Positions 18,525-29,574 of a stretch of 64,000 nt of DNA are shown in pieces. The stretch's first letter is position 1. The number at the start of each line of letters is the position of its first letter. The DNA lies in the NCBI GenBank assembly GCA_039586365.1, contig JBDHKN010000006.1, positions 32,001 through 96,000 of the forward strand, read 5' to 3'. The notes beneath the pieces are model-generated. The model made no database searches. It was not told the origin of the DNA and saw only the letters and a list, made by a program, of their open reading frames with translations. Source of the DNA: Gemmatimonadota bacterium (lineage in GTDB: Bacteria > Gemmatimonadota > Gemmatimonadetes > Gemmatimonadales > GWC2-71-9). Position numbers and translations under genes: made by a program.

Positions 18525-19328
18525 ATGGGGGTGAGCCGACGCGATTTTCTCAAGGAGGCCGGATCCGCTGCATTGGGCGTGGGCTGTGGCTTGCCGTTCC
18601 TGGGCACTGGGTGCAGGGCCGGGAGTGAAGAGCCACATGAAGCTGAATCGTCTGCAAGCCAATGGGCGATGGTGGTTGATATCGAGAAGTGCCGCAGCGA
18701 GGAAGTGCGGCGAGTCTGTACGGAAGCCTGCAATATCGCGCACAATGTTCCTGCGATCCCTGATCCGGCAGAAGAGATCAAATGGATCTGGGCAGAGCAT
18801 TATGAGAACGTTTTTCCCGATCAAGTCCACAACCGCACGGCCGCCTTCATAAGACAGACACCGGTGCTCGTGCTCTGCAACCATTGTGACAACCCACCCT
18901 GCGTAAGGGTATGTCCCACCCAGGCTACTTGGAAGCGGGAGGCGGATGGAATCGTAATGATGGACATGCACCGGTGCATAGGCTGTCGCTATTGCATGGC
19001 GGCATGTCCCTACGGATCCAGGAGCTTCAACTGGGGTGACCCGCGTGAGTACATCCCGACGGACGAGAACGGCCAGTTTCTGTCGGATTACCCGACACGG
19101 TCGAAGGGTGTGGTGGAAAAGTGCAACTTCTGCGCAGAGAGATTGCGGGAGGGACTTCGGCCGGCCTGTGTGGAAGCGGTGAACCAGATACCGGGTGGGG
19201 AGGGGGCACTGACGTTCGGGGATCTGAGTGATCCGGAGTCAGAGGTCAGTCGTATGTTGAGTGAGACTAATACGATCAGCAGAAGAGTAAACCTAGGAAC
19301 CGGCCCAAATGTGTACTATAAGATCTAA
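18525..19328 (+). CDS. dsrO: DsrO periplasmic polyferredoxin
   Basis: Tat signal SRRDFLK; CNHCDNPPCVRVCP, CIGCRYCMAACP and KCNFC. Confidence 0.95.
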   Translation: MGVSRRDFLKEAGSAALGVGCGLPFLGTGCRAGSEEPHEAESSASQWAMVVDIEKCRSEEVRRVCTEACNIAHNVPAIPDPAEEIKWIWAEHYENVFPDQVHNRTAAFIRQTPVLVLCNHCDNPPCVRVCPTQATWKREADGIVMMDMHRCIGCRYCMAACPYGSRSFNWGDPREYIPTDENGQFLSDYPTRSKGVVEKCNFCAERLREGLRPACVEAVNQIPGGEGALTFGDLSDPESEVSRMLSETNTISRRVNLGTGPNVYYKI

Positions 19329-19370
19329 CTTGCTACGCGCGACAATCGGGAGAACCAAGAGGTAGCCGCT

Positions 19371-20531
19371 ATGCTGGAAACCGCATTCCGCGGGGGTAGG
19401 AAGTATTGGATTCTCCTAGGGGTCTGGGGATTGTTGATCCTTGTTGGCTTGGGAGCCTATGGCAGGCAGTTGGTGGAAGGTCTGCGTATCACCGGTATGA
19501 GCCAAGACGTGACTTGGGGATTGTACATCGCGCAATTCACTTTCCTCGTCGGTGTGGCAGCTTCTGCAGTAATGGTGGTTTTGCCGTACTACCTGCACAA
19601 CTACAAGGCGTTCGGCAAGATGGTGATTCTGGGCGAGTTTCTCGCCATTTCGGCGGTGCTCATGTGCATGTTGTTCGTCTTCGTCGACATGGGTCAGCCC
19701 AGGAGGGTGCTCAACGTACTGCTCCACCCTACCCTCAACTCCGTGATGTTCTGGGATTTCCTGGTCCTTGGAGGCTACGGCATCATAAACTTCGTTGTCG
19801 GGGCCGTGACATTTGACGCCGAGCGGAAGGGAACCCCTGCGCCCAGGTGGATCAAGCCGCTAATCTACCTTTCGATCCCTTGGGCGGTCAGCATCCATAC
19901 GGTCACGGCCTTTCTCTATTCAGGGCTTGAAGCCAGGTCATTCTGGATGACCGCTATATTGGCTCCCCGTTTCTTGGCTTCGGCATTTGCGTCGGGCCCC
20001 AGCCTGTTGATCGTGCTGGCTCTGATTCTGCGGAGGTTCACCAAGTTCGACCCCGGCAAGGAAGCTATTCAGAAGCTGGCTCTGATAGTCACCTATGCGA
20101 TGGTGATTAACGTCTTCTTCGTAGGCGTCGAGCTGTTTTCCGGCCTATACAGTGACATGCCGCACCATGTGCATGCGTTCGAGTATCTGTTCGTTGGCCT
20201 GCACGGGCATGCCGCTCTCACTCCTTGGGTGTGGGTTGGCGAGGTCTTCACGGTGTGTTGTGTTGTGGGTCTGTTGATCCCCAAGGTACGTAGGCAGGAG
20301 AAGTACTTGGCAGTGCTTGCCGTTGGGGTGATCACCGCCATTTGGATCGAGAAGGGTGTCGCAATGGTGGTGACTGGCTTCATTCCGTCGCCACTGGGCA
20401 GGATAACGGAGTATGCGCCAACAGCGCCGGAGATCGCAATCACGATCGGTGTCTACGCGTTGGGGTTCTTCGTGCTTACAGTGCTTTACAAGATGGTTGT
20501 GAGTGTTAGAGAACAGTTGGATCTAGCTTGA
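19371..20531 (+). CDS. dsrP: DsrP NrfD-family membrane subunit
   Basis: [37 protein letters not shown] and APRFLASAF. Confidence 0.95.
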   Translation: MLETAFRGGRKYWILLGVWGLLILVGLGAYGRQLVEGLRITGMSQDVTWGLYIAQFTFLVGVAASAVMVVLPYYLHNYKAFGKMVILGEFLAISAVLMCMLFVFVDMGQPRRVLNVLLHPTLNSVMFWDFLVLGGYGIINFVVGAVTFDAERKGTPAPRWIKPLIYLSIPWAVSIHTVTAFLYSGLEARSFWMTAILAPRFLASAFASGPSLLIVLALILRRFTKFDPGKEAIQKLALIVTYAMVINVFFVGVELFSGLYSDMPHHVHAFEYLFVGLHGHAALTPWVWVGEVFTVCCVVGLLIPKVRRQEKYLAVLAVGVITAIWIEKGVAMVVTGFIPSPLGRITEYAPTAPEIAITIGVYALGFFVLTVLYKMVVSVREQLDLA

Positions 20532-20574
20532 AAGAAGGAGCGGTAACAACGCCATCATTCCAAGACCAAAGGAG

Positions 20575-21801
20575 ATGACGATGGCAGACTTAGGTAGCAA
20601 CGGTACGCCGTTACTGGACGAACTGGAGAAAGGGCCGTGGCCCAGTTTTGTCACGGAAATCAAGCAGACTGCCGGGTTTAGCAAACCAGCCGAGCAGTTG
20701 TTGGCGTTGCTGGAACGGTCCTACAGAGAGAGAATTGGTCACTGGAAGCACGGCGGTATTGTGGGTGTGATGGGATACGGTGGAGGCGTGATCGGCCGCT
20801 ACAACGATCTACCTGAGGAATATCCGGAGATCGCCCATTTCCACACTCTGCGGGTCAACATGCCTACCGGTTGGTTCTACACGTCCGAGGCGTTGAGAAC
20901 GATCTGTGACATTTGGGAGAGACACGGCTCCGGATTGACAAACATGCATGGGTCCACGGGTGACATCATCTTGTTGGGCACCACGACGGACGAGCTCGAG
21001 CCGACTTTTGCCGAGTTGACTGCCAACAGTTTCGACCTGGGTGGATCCGGTTCCGATATGCGCACGCCTAGCGCGTGTGTGGGTCCTGCCCGGTGCGAAT
21101 GGGCTTGCTACGACACGCTACACCTGTGCAATGACCTTACACAACATTTCCAAGACGAGCTGCACCGCCCAGCATTTCCCTACAAGTTCAAGTTCAAGTG
21201 TGCGGGCTGTCCGAACGACTGTGTGGCGTCAGTAGCCAGAGCAGATATGTCGATTATCGGCACCTGGCGGGACGAGATCCAGATCGATCAGGCAGAGGTG
21301 AAAGCTGCGGCCAAGACGGGACTCGACATCCAGAAGGATGTCTGCTTCCTTTGCCCCACCAAATGCATCGAGTGGGATGGCAAGAAGCTGGAGATCGACG
21401 ACGAGAACTGCGTGAAGTGCATGCACTGTATCAACGTTATGCCCAAGGCGTTGCGCCCCGGCAAAGATCGTGGGGCGACGATTCTGCTCGGTGCCAAAGC
21501 ACCGATTGTCGAAGGTGCATTGTTATCCTCGGTGTTGGTCCCGTTCATGAAACTCGAACCACCGTATGATGAGCTCAAGGACCTCGTGGAGAGGATTTGG
21601 GATTTCTGGGGCGAGCACGGCAAGAACCGAGAGCGTGTGGGAGAGCTGATGCAGCGTGTGGGGCTGGGGAACTTCTTGGAGGCGATCGAGGTGGAGCCGA
21701 TTCCGGAAATGATCGCGTATCCGCGAGAGAACCCATACGTATTCTACGAAGAGTACTATGAAGAAGGCGAAGAAGGGGAAGAAGCGGAGGAGGACGAGTA
21801 A
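20575..21801 (+). CDS. dsrA: Dissimilatory sulfite reductase alpha subunit
   Basis: [37 protein letters not shown] and [14 protein letters not shown] siroheme-[4Fe-4S] site. Confidence 0.98.
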   Translation: MTMADLGSNGTPLLDELEKGPWPSFVTEIKQTAGFSKPAEQLLALLERSYRERIGHWKHGGIVGVMGYGGGVIGRYNDLPEEYPEIAHFHTLRVNMPTGWFYTSEALRTICDIWERHGSGLTNMHGSTGDIILLGTTTDELEPTFAELTANSFDLGGSGSDMRTPSACVGPARCEWACYDTLHLCNDLTQHFQDELHRPAFPYKFKFKCAGCPNDCVASVARADMSIIGTWRDEIQIDQAEVKAAAKTGLDIQKDVCFLCPTKCIEWDGKKLEIDDENCVKCMHCINVMPKALRPGKDRGATILLGAKAPIVEGALLSSVLVPFMKLEPPYDELKDLVERIWDFWGEHGKNRERVGELMQRVGLGNFLEAIEVEPIPEMIAYPRENPYVFYEEYYEEGEEGEEAEEDE

Positions 21802-21863
21802 AGCAACCGGATCAGTGGATCCGACAGAGCATTAAAAAACAATCGTTCTTGGGAGATATATCG

Positions 21864-22940
21864 ATGGCAACCGAGAGAATAACTGATATCGGGCCTCCGC
21901 ATTACGAAAAATTCCTACCACCCGTGATAAAGCAAAACTACGGGAAGTGGAAATACCACGAGATCCTCAGGCCCGGCGTGATGGTTCACGTGGCCGAATC
22001 CGGCGACAAGCTCTTCACGGTGCGTGCGGCCTCACCACGGCTGCTCGGCATCAAGAAGATCCGCGAGTTCGCGGATCTGGCGGACAAGTATTGTGGTGGG
22101 CACCTCCGCTTCACTAGCCGCAACAACGTCGAATTCCTGCTTACGGACGATTCGAAGATCAACGATCTCATCGCCGACCTGAAGAAATTGGGACATCCGG
22201 TGGGCGGCATAGGCAACGCGATCTCCAACATCGTTCACACGCAGGGATGGGTACACTGCCACTCAGCTGCGACGGATGCATCCGGTGTTGTGAAAGCGGT
22301 GATGGACGATCTGTGTGGGTACTTCACTGGCGATATCGAACTGCCAGGCAAGCTGCGGGTCGCCCTTGCGTGCTGTCTCAATATGTGTGGTGCGGTGCAC
22401 TGTTCGGACATCGCGATCCTAGGTATACACCGCAGGCCGCCAAGAATCCAAGCTGGTCTGAATAAGGTATGCGAAATCCCCAACGTGGTGGCTTCCTGTC
22501 CCACGGCAGCAATCCGGCCGGCAACAGTTGACGGTGCTCCCACGGTAGAGATAGATGAAGAGAACTGCATGTTCTGCGCGAACTGTTTCTCGGTCTGCCC
22601 GGCACTACCAATGGCTGACGCGCTCAACGACGGTGTATCCATCTGGGTCGGGGGGAAAGTCTCGAACGCCCGCAAGGAACCAACCTTCTCCAAGCTGGCT
22701 ATTCCGTTCTTGCCCAACAATCCGCCGCGGTGGCCGGAGGTGACTGAGGCTGTGCGGAACATAGTGGAAGTATGGGTCAAGAACGCCCGCAAGTTCGAGC
22801 GGATGGGTGAGTTCATCGAGCGTATCGGCTGGCCCCGTTTCTTCAAGATGACGGGCATTGAGTTCGCTAAAGAGCATATTGACGATTACAAATACGCGGG
22901 CCTTTCGTACAAACGGTCTGCACAGCTCAGACACAACTAG
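21864..22940 (+). CDS. dsrB: Dissimilatory sulfite reductase beta subunit
   Basis: [41 protein letters not shown] and PNNPPRWPE. Confidence 0.98.
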   Translation: MATERITDIGPPHYEKFLPPVIKQNYGKWKYHEILRPGVMVHVAESGDKLFTVRAASPRLLGIKKIREFADLADKYCGGHLRFTSRNNVEFLLTDDSKINDLIADLKKLGHPVGGIGNAISNIVHTQGWVHCHSAATDASGVVKAVMDDLCGYFTGDIELPGKLRVALACCLNMCGAVHCSDIAILGIHRRPPRIQAGLNKVCEIPNVVASCPTAAIRPATVDGAPTVEIDEENCMFCANCFSVCPALPMADALNDGVSIWVGGKVSNARKEPTFSKLAIPFLPNNPPRWPEVTEAVRNIVEVWVKNARKFERMGEFIERIGWPRFFKMTGIEFAKEHIDDYKYAGLSYKRSAQLRHN

Positions 22941-22950
22941 GAGGTGTACG

Positions 22951-23196
22951 GTGGCCGTCACGCCCGAAGAAGTAGCGGACGCCATGTACGAGTTGGTCAA
23001 GGAGTATCAGGGCAAGAAGAAGCTCAAAGCCGGTGACTTGACCAAGGCGATGATCCAGAAGTATGGCGAAGGCGAAGTGGACAAGAAGCTGTGCAAGGCC
23101 GCCATCCGGACTCTGATGGATTCGGGAAGGTGTGTCTACACGTACTTCGGCGGCAGCTTCATAGAACTCCCGCCCGAGGAAGGCGTTGAGAGGTAG
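22951..23196 (+). CDS. dsrD: DsrD (small winged-helix activator of DsrAB)
   Basis: GTG after AGGAGG; 81 aa, KKKLKAGDL...LMDSGRCVYTYFGGSFI; directly after dsrB. Confidence 0.85.
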   Translation: MAVTPEEVADAMYELVKEYQGKKKLKAGDLTKAMIQKYGEGEVDKKLCKAAIRTLMDSGRCVYTYFGGSFIELPPEEGVER

Positions 23197-23308
23197 GCTG
23201 TCTCCCGGGGGGAAAGTGATGTCAGATGCATGCACTCTCCGCTCCCAGCGGGCGGAAGAGGCGTGTGTCTGTGACGATAGATAATCACGTGTCACGCGAG
23301 GTGATCGT

Positions 23309-24985
23309 ATGGCTATGAAGAAGGTCAAGAAAAAGAAGAAGTCTTTCGGTTCGAGGGGCGGCGCCTCGCGTGACCAATCGCCACTGCGACCCAAACACGT
23401 GGAGAAGAAGCCCCCATGTAGGGATACATGTCCGAGCGGCAACGATATTCGCAAGTTTCTGACGACGCTCGCTCATGCTGAGCGGCTAGGAAAGACGGCG
23501 GAGCAAGCACTCCAAGAAGCTTGGGAGGTCTACACGGACACTAGTCCGTTTCCGTCGGTGTGTGGCCGGGTATGTCCGGCTCCATGTGAAACCGGATGCA
23601 ACCGGAAGGACCTCGATGGTGCGGTGAGTATCAATAAGGTCGAACGGGCCATCGGCGACTTCGGTCTGGCGAGGGGTCTCAAGCTGAAGGCCCTCTCTGA
23701 TGAGAAGAAACCGCAGAAGATAGCCGTCGTAGGCGCGGGTCCCAGTGGCCTTTCCTGTGCCTACCAGCTGGCTCGGCGCGGATATGGCGTAACCGTCTTC
23801 GAGTCCACGGAGAAGACTGGCGGCATGTTGCGGTGGGGCATCCCCGGGTATCGGCTACCCGAATCGGTACTCGACGGAGAGATCCAGAAGATCCTCGACC
23901 TGGGAGTGGAACTCAAGTGCGGCGTGAAGGTGGGCAAGGACATCACCGTTGATGAGCTGAAGCAGTCATACGATGCCGTATACGTCGCGCTCGGCGCCCA
24001 GCAGGGAGTCACTCTGGGCGTTGAAGGTGAGGATGCTCCCAACGTGTTCTCCGGAGTGGATTTCCTCAGCCGTTTCCACCACGGTGAAAAGCTGGACCTG
24101 GGCAAGGATGTGGTGGTAATCATCGTCGGTGGAGGTGACACCGCCATCGACGCGGCGCGGATCTGCAAACGGCTGGGCGCCAATGTAACGATCCTATACC
24201 GCCGAACCCGCAAGGAGATGCCGGCGATCGATGAGGAAGTCGATGAGGCGATCAAAGAAGGCATCACAATCGAGTTTCTGGCCGCACCAATAGGTTTCCG
24301 CAAAGAGGGCGACCTCGTCGTAGCGATGCGAGCTATCCGCATGGAGTTGGGTGAGCCGGACTCGTCAGGTCGTCGTCGACCGGTTCCCATCGAGGGTTCG
24401 GAGTTCGAGATACCCGCCAGCGCAGTCATCTCTGCGGTGAGTCAGGCACCCGATTTCGGCGGCTTCGAGGATCTCATCGAAGGCAAGGATTGGATCAAGG
24501 TCGACAACCAGGGGGCAACCAAGGTGGCAGGAATATGGGCTGGTGGCGACGTGACAGCCCTGGATCTAGTCACGACTGCCGTAGGTCACGGTCGGCGCGC
24601 AGCCGAGGCGATCGAACGCAAATTCCTGGGCAGGCAATTCGAAGAAGACAGGATGACGGTGATCAGAAGTGATCGTATGCTGTTGGATCACTACGACAAG
24701 ATAGACCGTCAAGAACCTGCAGCCCTGGATGTTGGCGAGCGTTTGACCTCGATCGAAACGGAAGTCAACTTGGGTCTAACCGATGACCAAGTGCTGACTG
24801 AAGCGCGGCGCTGCATGAGCTGCGGATACTGCATCGATTGCGAGAAGTGCTGGATGTACTGTCAGGACCAGGCGATTGACAAGCCGCTGCAGAAGGGATT
24901 GCTGTATCCGTTCAAGATGCAGAACTGCACAGGCTGCAGTAAGTGTGCGGAAATATGCCCTTGTGGCTTCATAGAGATGCACTGA
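23309..24985 (+). CDS. dsrL: DsrL NAD(P)H:acceptor oxidoreductase (DsrL-2-like)
   Basis: PPCRDTCP, CGRVCPAPCE, GAGPSG, GGGDTAID, YRR (NADP-type) and C-terminal RCMSCGYC / CTGCSKCAEICPCG ferredoxin; inside the dsr operon. Confidence 0.9.
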   Translation: MAMKKVKKKKKSFGSRGGASRDQSPLRPKHVEKKPPCRDTCPSGNDIRKFLTTLAHAERLGKTAEQALQEAWEVYTDTSPFPSVCGRVCPAPCETGCNRKDLDGAVSINKVERAIGDFGLARGLKLKALSDEKKPQKIAVVGAGPSGLSCAYQLARRGYGVTVFESTEKTGGMLRWGIPGYRLPESVLDGEIQKILDLGVELKCGVKVGKDITVDELKQSYDAVYVALGAQQGVTLGVEGEDAPNVFSGVDFLSRFHHGEKLDLGKDVVVIIVGGGDTAIDAARICKRLGANVTILYRRTRKEMPAIDEEVDEAIKEGITIEFLAAPIGFRKEGDLVVAMRAIRMELGEPDSSGRRRPVPIEGSEFEIPASAVISAVSQAPDFGGFEDLIEGKDWIKVDNQGATKVAGIWAGGDVTALDLVTTAVGHGRRAAEAIERKFLGRQFEEDRMTVIRSDRMLLDHYDKIDRQEPAALDVGERLTSIETEVNLGLTDDQVLTEARRCMSCGYCIDCEKCWMYCQDQAIDKPLQKGLLYPFKMQNCTGCSKCAEICPCGFIEMH

Positions 24986-24989
24986 CCTT

Positions 24990-26399
24990 GTGAGCACACC
25001 GCGAGTACTGATCGCAGGGCTACGCGGAGGCAGCGGCAAGACGGTAATATCTCTGGGACTCGTGGCAACCTGGCGCAAGCAAGGTTGTCACGTTTCGCCC
25101 TTCAAGAAGGGACCAGACTACATCGATGCAGCCTGGCTATCGGCTGCGGCAGGCAAACCCTGCCGGAACCTCGATCTCTTCCTCATGACCCCAGATACGG
25201 TCCTGCGCTCGTTCGCAGCTGCGGCCGGGCCGGCCGACGTGGCTGTCATAGAGGGCAATCGCGGGTTGTTCGACGGCATGGACGCCCGGGGCAGCTACAG
25301 CACGGCCGAGTTGGCCAAGTTGCTGAAGAGCCCGGTGTTGCTCGCTGTCGATTGCACAAAGGCAACGCGTACCATCGCGGCAATGGTCCTAGGTTGTCAG
25401 AGACTCGATCCCAGCGTCTCGCTTCGCGGTGTCATTCTGAACAATGTGGCCGGTCCTCGGCACGAGTCGGTGCTGCGTGAAGCAATGGCTGAGATCAGCG
25501 GGCTGCCCGTGGTGGGTGCGCTGGGCCGAATCCCCGGAGAGCTCTTTCCAGAACGGCACCTTGGGCTCGTGCCACCCCAAGAGCACGAGCAATTGTCTCC
25601 AGCGATACAACAGGCCGCCAGTGCGGTCGAACAGCAGTTGGACTTGGCCGCCATCTGGGACATTGCGCGCCAAGCTCCAGAGCTCGACCCCCACGACTCG
25701 AATCCGACTGCCACAGGTGACGAGGGGCGGAATGCCGTCAGGATCGGTGTGTTCCGCGACGCTGCATTTCAGTTCTACTATCCCGAGAACCTCGAGGCCC
25801 TGGTTCGGCAGGGGGCGATCTTGCTGGAGGTTTCTCCGCTCCACGATACTGCGCTACCGGACGTGGATGCCCTGTACCTCGGGGGAGGATTTCCGGAGAC
25901 AGCAGCACCGGCGTTGGCAGACAACAGGCAATTCCTGGACTCGCTACGTGACTCAGTCAACAGTGGCTTGCCGGTATACGCAGAGTGCGGGGGAGCGGTC
26001 TTTCTGGGGGAGAAGCTCCTCTACAATCATAGAGAATACCCGATGGCGGGCATACTACCAGTCGTTTTCTGCTTCGAGGCAAAACCGCGGGGGCACGGCT
26101 ACGCCGTACTCGAAACCGTGGAGAACAACCCGTTTTTCACAGTCGGGGAATGTCTCCAAGGGCATGAGTTCCACTACACCCACATGCAGTCGTCTGCGGT
26201 GGAGGATCTGAAGTTCGCATTCCGGGTCCGTCGCGGCTATGGATTCGATGGCCAAAGGGACGGCTTGTGTTATCGCAATGTGCTCGCGTCCTACACTCAC
26301 CTGCATGCGTTGGGGACGGAGAGTTGGGCTCCGTCCGTGGTTCGGGCCGCCACCCGGTTCAAGTCGCGGAGCGCGAGCCATACTGGCGTTGGCCTCTAG
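24990..26399 (+). CDS. dsrN: DsrN siroheme amidase (cobyrinate a,c-diamide synthase family)
   Basis: GGSGKT, FKKGPDYID, PERHLGL, FQFYYPEN, YAECGG and GHEFHY; dsr context. Confidence 0.9.
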   Translation: MSTPRVLIAGLRGGSGKTVISLGLVATWRKQGCHVSPFKKGPDYIDAAWLSAAAGKPCRNLDLFLMTPDTVLRSFAAAAGPADVAVIEGNRGLFDGMDARGSYSTAELAKLLKSPVLLAVDCTKATRTIAAMVLGCQRLDPSVSLRGVILNNVAGPRHESVLREAMAEISGLPVVGALGRIPGELFPERHLGLVPPQEHEQLSPAIQQAASAVEQQLDLAAIWDIARQAPELDPHDSNPTATGDEGRNAVRIGVFRDAAFQFYYPENLEALVRQGAILLEVSPLHDTALPDVDALYLGGGFPETAAPALADNRQFLDSLRDSVNSGLPVYAECGGAVFLGEKLLYNHREYPMAGILPVVFCFEAKPRGHGYAVLETVENNPFFTVGECLQGHEFHYTHMQSSAVEDLKFAFRVRRGYGFDGQRDGLCYRNVLASYTHLHALGTESWAPSVVRAATRFKSRSASHTGVGL

Positions 26400-26411
26400 G
26401 AGGACGGAACC

Positions 26412-27065
26412 GTGCCGATCATCACAATCTCGCGGGGGACGTTGAGTGGCGGACAAGCGGTGGCTGAGTGTCTCGCTGGTAGACTTGGGTACCCGTGTGT
26501 CGGTCGCGAGATCGTTCAAGAAGCGGCCCGAAAGCTGGGTGTATCTGAGGAGACCCTGAGTGGGAAGTTCGAGACCCCCCCTGGACGATGGCATCGGCTG
26601 ACTAACGAGCGTAGGCTGTACCTTCACGCGGTTCAGGCTGCCCTAGCGGACCAGTGTGTGACTGGGGAGCTGGTTTACCACGGTCTGGCTGGGCAGCTGC
26701 TGCTGCGGGGCCAGCCCGGAGTGCTGCGAGCCCGGCTTATTGCACCATTGGATATGCGAGTGCGTGCCTTGACGGAAGCACACCATAGAATGAGCCCCAA
26801 GGCTGCGGAGGAATTCATCGAGAGCGTGGATGAAGACCGCAGGCGTTGGGTCAGACTGATGTACGGAGCCGACGTCGAGGACCCATCTCTGTACGATCTA
26901 ACGATCAACCTACAGTCCATTTCCACTGAGACAGCGTGTACGAGCATTGCGGAAGCGGTTGCACAGCCACAGTACAAGATAACGGACGAAGTAAGGGCGA
27001 AGCTGGAGGCGTTCGCGGCCCAATGCCACGAACAACTGCAGGCGGCTGCGTCGCAGCGCTCATGA
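26412..27065 (+). CDS. Cytidylate-kinase-like family protein
   Basis: IITISRGTLSGG, LVYHGLAG, RARLIAP and DPSLYDLTIN. Confidence 0.8.
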   Translation: MPIITISRGTLSGGQAVAECLAGRLGYPCVGREIVQEAARKLGVSEETLSGKFETPPGRWHRLTNERRLYLHAVQAALADQCVTGELVYHGLAGQLLLRGQPGVLRARLIAPLDMRVRALTEAHHRMSPKAAEEFIESVDEDRRRWVRLMYGADVEDPSLYDLTINLQSISTETACTSIAEAVAQPQYKITDEVRAKLEAFAAQCHEQLQAAASQRS

Positions 27066-27154
27066 GGCGGATGAACTGTTCATGCCGCTTGCAGGCACAA
27101 AGTTGGCTAGCAGGGCGAACTAGCGCCGTCGCCGACGTTAAAGAGGGCTGAAGA

Positions 27155-27973
27155 GTGGCGATCATTACCATCAGTCGAGGAAGCAAGAGTGGCGGGCAGG
27201 AAATGGCGGAATGTCTGGCCGCGCAACTGCAGTATCGCATCGTTGGACGAGAGATTGTACAGGAAGCGGCTACCAGGCTCGACGTTTCAGAGGAGGCCTT
27301 GAGCCACCAGATGGAGCACACACCCAAGCTGTGGGATAGGCATGCTGCGACGCGGCGGCTATATGTGGCGGCCGTGCAAGCGGCCCTCGCCGAGTATGTG
27401 GCCGAGGGAGATCTGGTGTACCATGGCTTGGCGGGACAACTACTCCTGAGGGGCCTACCGGCTGTGCTGCGGGTGCGGCTCATCGCACCGAGAGAGAGGC
27501 GGGTCCGAACGCTGGTGGAGACGCGTCAGATGGATGAGGCCTCGGCCGAAGAGTTCATTCAGCATGTCGATGGAGCACGTGCTCGCTGGGTCAAAATGAT
27601 GTACGGCGAAAACATCGAGGACCCGGCACTTTATGACATGGTGGTAAACCTGGAGACCATGTCTGTGCCCGGTGCCTGTGCTGCACTCGCGACTGTGGCA
27701 AAGCGGCCGGACTTTGCGGTTACTGGTGAGGTAAAGGCGTGTCTACGGGACTTTCGCTTGGCGTCCAACGTCAAAGTCGCGCTAGCGAGAGCACGTGAGA
27801 CACGGCCTCACATTCTGGACGTGTGGGTCAGAGGGGGCGTCGTCGAGATATCCGGCAGCGTTCCCGTCCTCAAAACAGGCCGGATGGGGGATCGTATCAG
27901 CGAGGTAGCACGTTCTGTCCCCGGCGTTGAGGAAGTCCGTATGAAGCTGCAGTGGTACGACCCGTATCCTTAG
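27155..27973 (+). CDS. Cytidylate-kinase-like protein with a C-terminal BON-like domain
   Basis: Paralogue of the preceding ORF (IITISRGSKSGG, DPALYDMVVN) plus V..GVVEISG...ARSVPGVEEV. Confidence 0.78.
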   Translation: MAIITISRGSKSGGQEMAECLAAQLQYRIVGREIVQEAATRLDVSEEALSHQMEHTPKLWDRHAATRRLYVAAVQAALAEYVAEGDLVYHGLAGQLLLRGLPAVLRVRLIAPRERRVRTLVETRQMDEASAEEFIQHVDGARARWVKMMYGENIEDPALYDMVVNLETMSVPGACAALATVAKRPDFAVTGEVKACLRDFRLASNVKVALARARETRPHILDVWVRGGVVEISGSVPVLKTGRMGDRISEVARSVPGVEEVRMKLQWYDPYP

Positions 27974-28012
27974 GACAGAATCGCGCGTTGGACGAGTGAA
28001 GGTGAGGGGTGA

Positions 28013-29083
28013 GTGTCCGACTCTACTGAACAGCCTATGCCTACTATCGCGAGCACACCTGCCACAACAGGGCAGGTGCTCATAGATCCGGGAACAGCGG
28101 AAGGTCCTCAGCGGTTGCGCGTACTTCCTGCGGTGATCCGCCTAGCGGTGTTGCTCTTTGTCATCATGTTGCTCAACCCGACGGAGGTGCACGCGTGCCA
28201 GGAAGCAGCAGTGGCGGCCGACACCAGTATGACCTCATGGTGGGTGTGGCCGCTTGTTCTCTTCCTAATCACGTTTGTCATGGGGATCCTGGCTGCTCTA
28301 GGTGGTGTTGGAGGGGGAGTGCTCTTCGTGCCAATTGTCAGCGGTTTCTTCCCATTTCACCTCGACTTCGTTCGCGGCTGCGGACTGTTAGTGGCGCTGA
28401 GCGGTGCACTTGCCGCGGGTCCGGGTTTCTTGAAGATGAACTTGGCCAGTCTGCGCTTGGCCATGCCTGTGGCGTTGATTGCATCCACTTGTGCCATTAT
28501 CGGCGCCATGATCGGGCTCGCGCTCCCGACGAACGTTGTGCAGACGGCGCTAGGTGCCACCATCCTGGGGATAGTCGCCCTAATGATGGCAGCGAAGAAG
28601 TCAGAGTTCCCCGAAGTCGCCGAAGCGGACCGCCTCTCTTCAGCGCTCAAGATCTATGGTGTGTATACTGAGGCCAGTCTGGGCCGGGCGATAGACTGGA
28701 AAGTGCACCGGACGGTATACGGTCTACTTCTATTCATCATCATCGGTGTCATGGCAGGCATGTTTGGGCTCGGCGCGGGTTGGGCCAACGTTCCGGTTCT
28801 GAACCTGGTTATGGGTGCCCCGCTCAAGATCAGCGTGGCCACCAGCAAGTTTCTCCTCTCCATAACGGATACGTCGGCGGCTTGGATCTATGTTAACAAT
28901 GGTGCTGTGATCCCGATGATGGTTGTCCCCTCGCTGGTCGGCATCATGCTGGGCTCTTTCATCGGCGTGCGAATTTTGCGGGTCGCCAAGCCGGCGTTTG
29001 TTCGCAAGATGGTGATCGGACTGTTGCTTTTCGCCGGTGCCAAAGCGATCACCAAAGGACTAGACCTCCCGTTCATCGTCTAG
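28013..29083 (+). CDS. TSUP (TauE/SafE) family sulfur-compound transporter
   Basis: Two repeats GVGGGVLFVP and GLGAGWANVP; multiple TM helices. Confidence 0.88.
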   Translation: MSDSTEQPMPTIASTPATTGQVLIDPGTAEGPQRLRVLPAVIRLAVLLFVIMLLNPTEVHACQEAAVAADTSMTSWWVWPLVLFLITFVMGILAALGGVGGGVLFVPIVSGFFPFHLDFVRGCGLLVALSGALAAGPGFLKMNLASLRLAMPVALIASTCAIIGAMIGLALPTNVVQTALGATILGIVALMMAAKKSEFPEVAEADRLSSALKIYGVYTEASLGRAIDWKVHRTVYGLLLFIIIGVMAGMFGLGAGWANVPVLNLVMGAPLKISVATSKFLLSITDTSAAWIYVNNGAVIPMMVVPSLVGIMLGSFIGVRILRVAKPAFVRKMVIGLLLFAGAKAITKGLDLPFIV

Positions 29084-29102
29084 CAGAACATGAGGCATCG
29101 CA

Positions 29103-29549
29103 ATGTCTGAGGACGCAATAGAGTCGAGACCCAACGAAGAACAGTTGCTGTACGCCAAGATCCTGGAGATTGGCATGTTCGTTGGGCTGGGGCTTCTGCT
29201 CGTAACGTTCTTCCTCTATGTCTCTGGCATAGTCGCGCCGGCGGTGCCGGTTGAGGAATTGCCCAAGTATTGGGAAATGAGCGTCCACGATTATTTGGAA
29301 GCCACAAACCACGACTATGTACACCGGGAACACGCCATCACGGGTTGGTCTTGGCTCTCTGTACTTGGAAAGGGAGACTACCTCAATTTTCTGGGGATCG
29401 CCCTACTATCTGGAGTGACGGTCGTCTGCTATTTGGGGATTGTGCCGACGCTAATCAAGAAGAGGGATCTTGTCTTCGCTGCCATCTCCTTGATGGAAGT
29501 CGTGATCCTGACGCTCGCGGCGAGCGGCATCCTCAGTGTCGGGCACTAG
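29103..29549 (+). CDS. DUF1634-like small membrane protein (TSUP partner)
   Basis: Three hydrophobic helices, EQLLYAKIL...GWSWL...GDYLNF; follows TSUP. Confidence 0.7.
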   Translation: MSEDAIESRPNEEQLLYAKILEIGMFVGLGLLLVTFFLYVSGIVAPAVPVEELPKYWEMSVHDYLEATNHDYVHREHAITGWSWLSVLGKGDYLNFLGIALLSGVTVVCYLGIVPTLIKKRDLVFAAISLMEVVILTLAASGILSVGH

Positions 29550-29574
29550 CACTTGGGTTTCTGAAGGCGGCAGT

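Noticed and set aside
23271..23288. GTGA-N10-TCAC upstream of dsrL as another operator copy
   Set aside because: Spacer is 10 bp rather than the invariant 8, and no promoter is evident nearby
23309..26399. Calling these genes gltD and cbiA/cobB
   Set aside because: The C-terminal ferredoxin domain, the position after dsrABD and the absence of gltB or a cobalamin operon favour dsrL and dsrN
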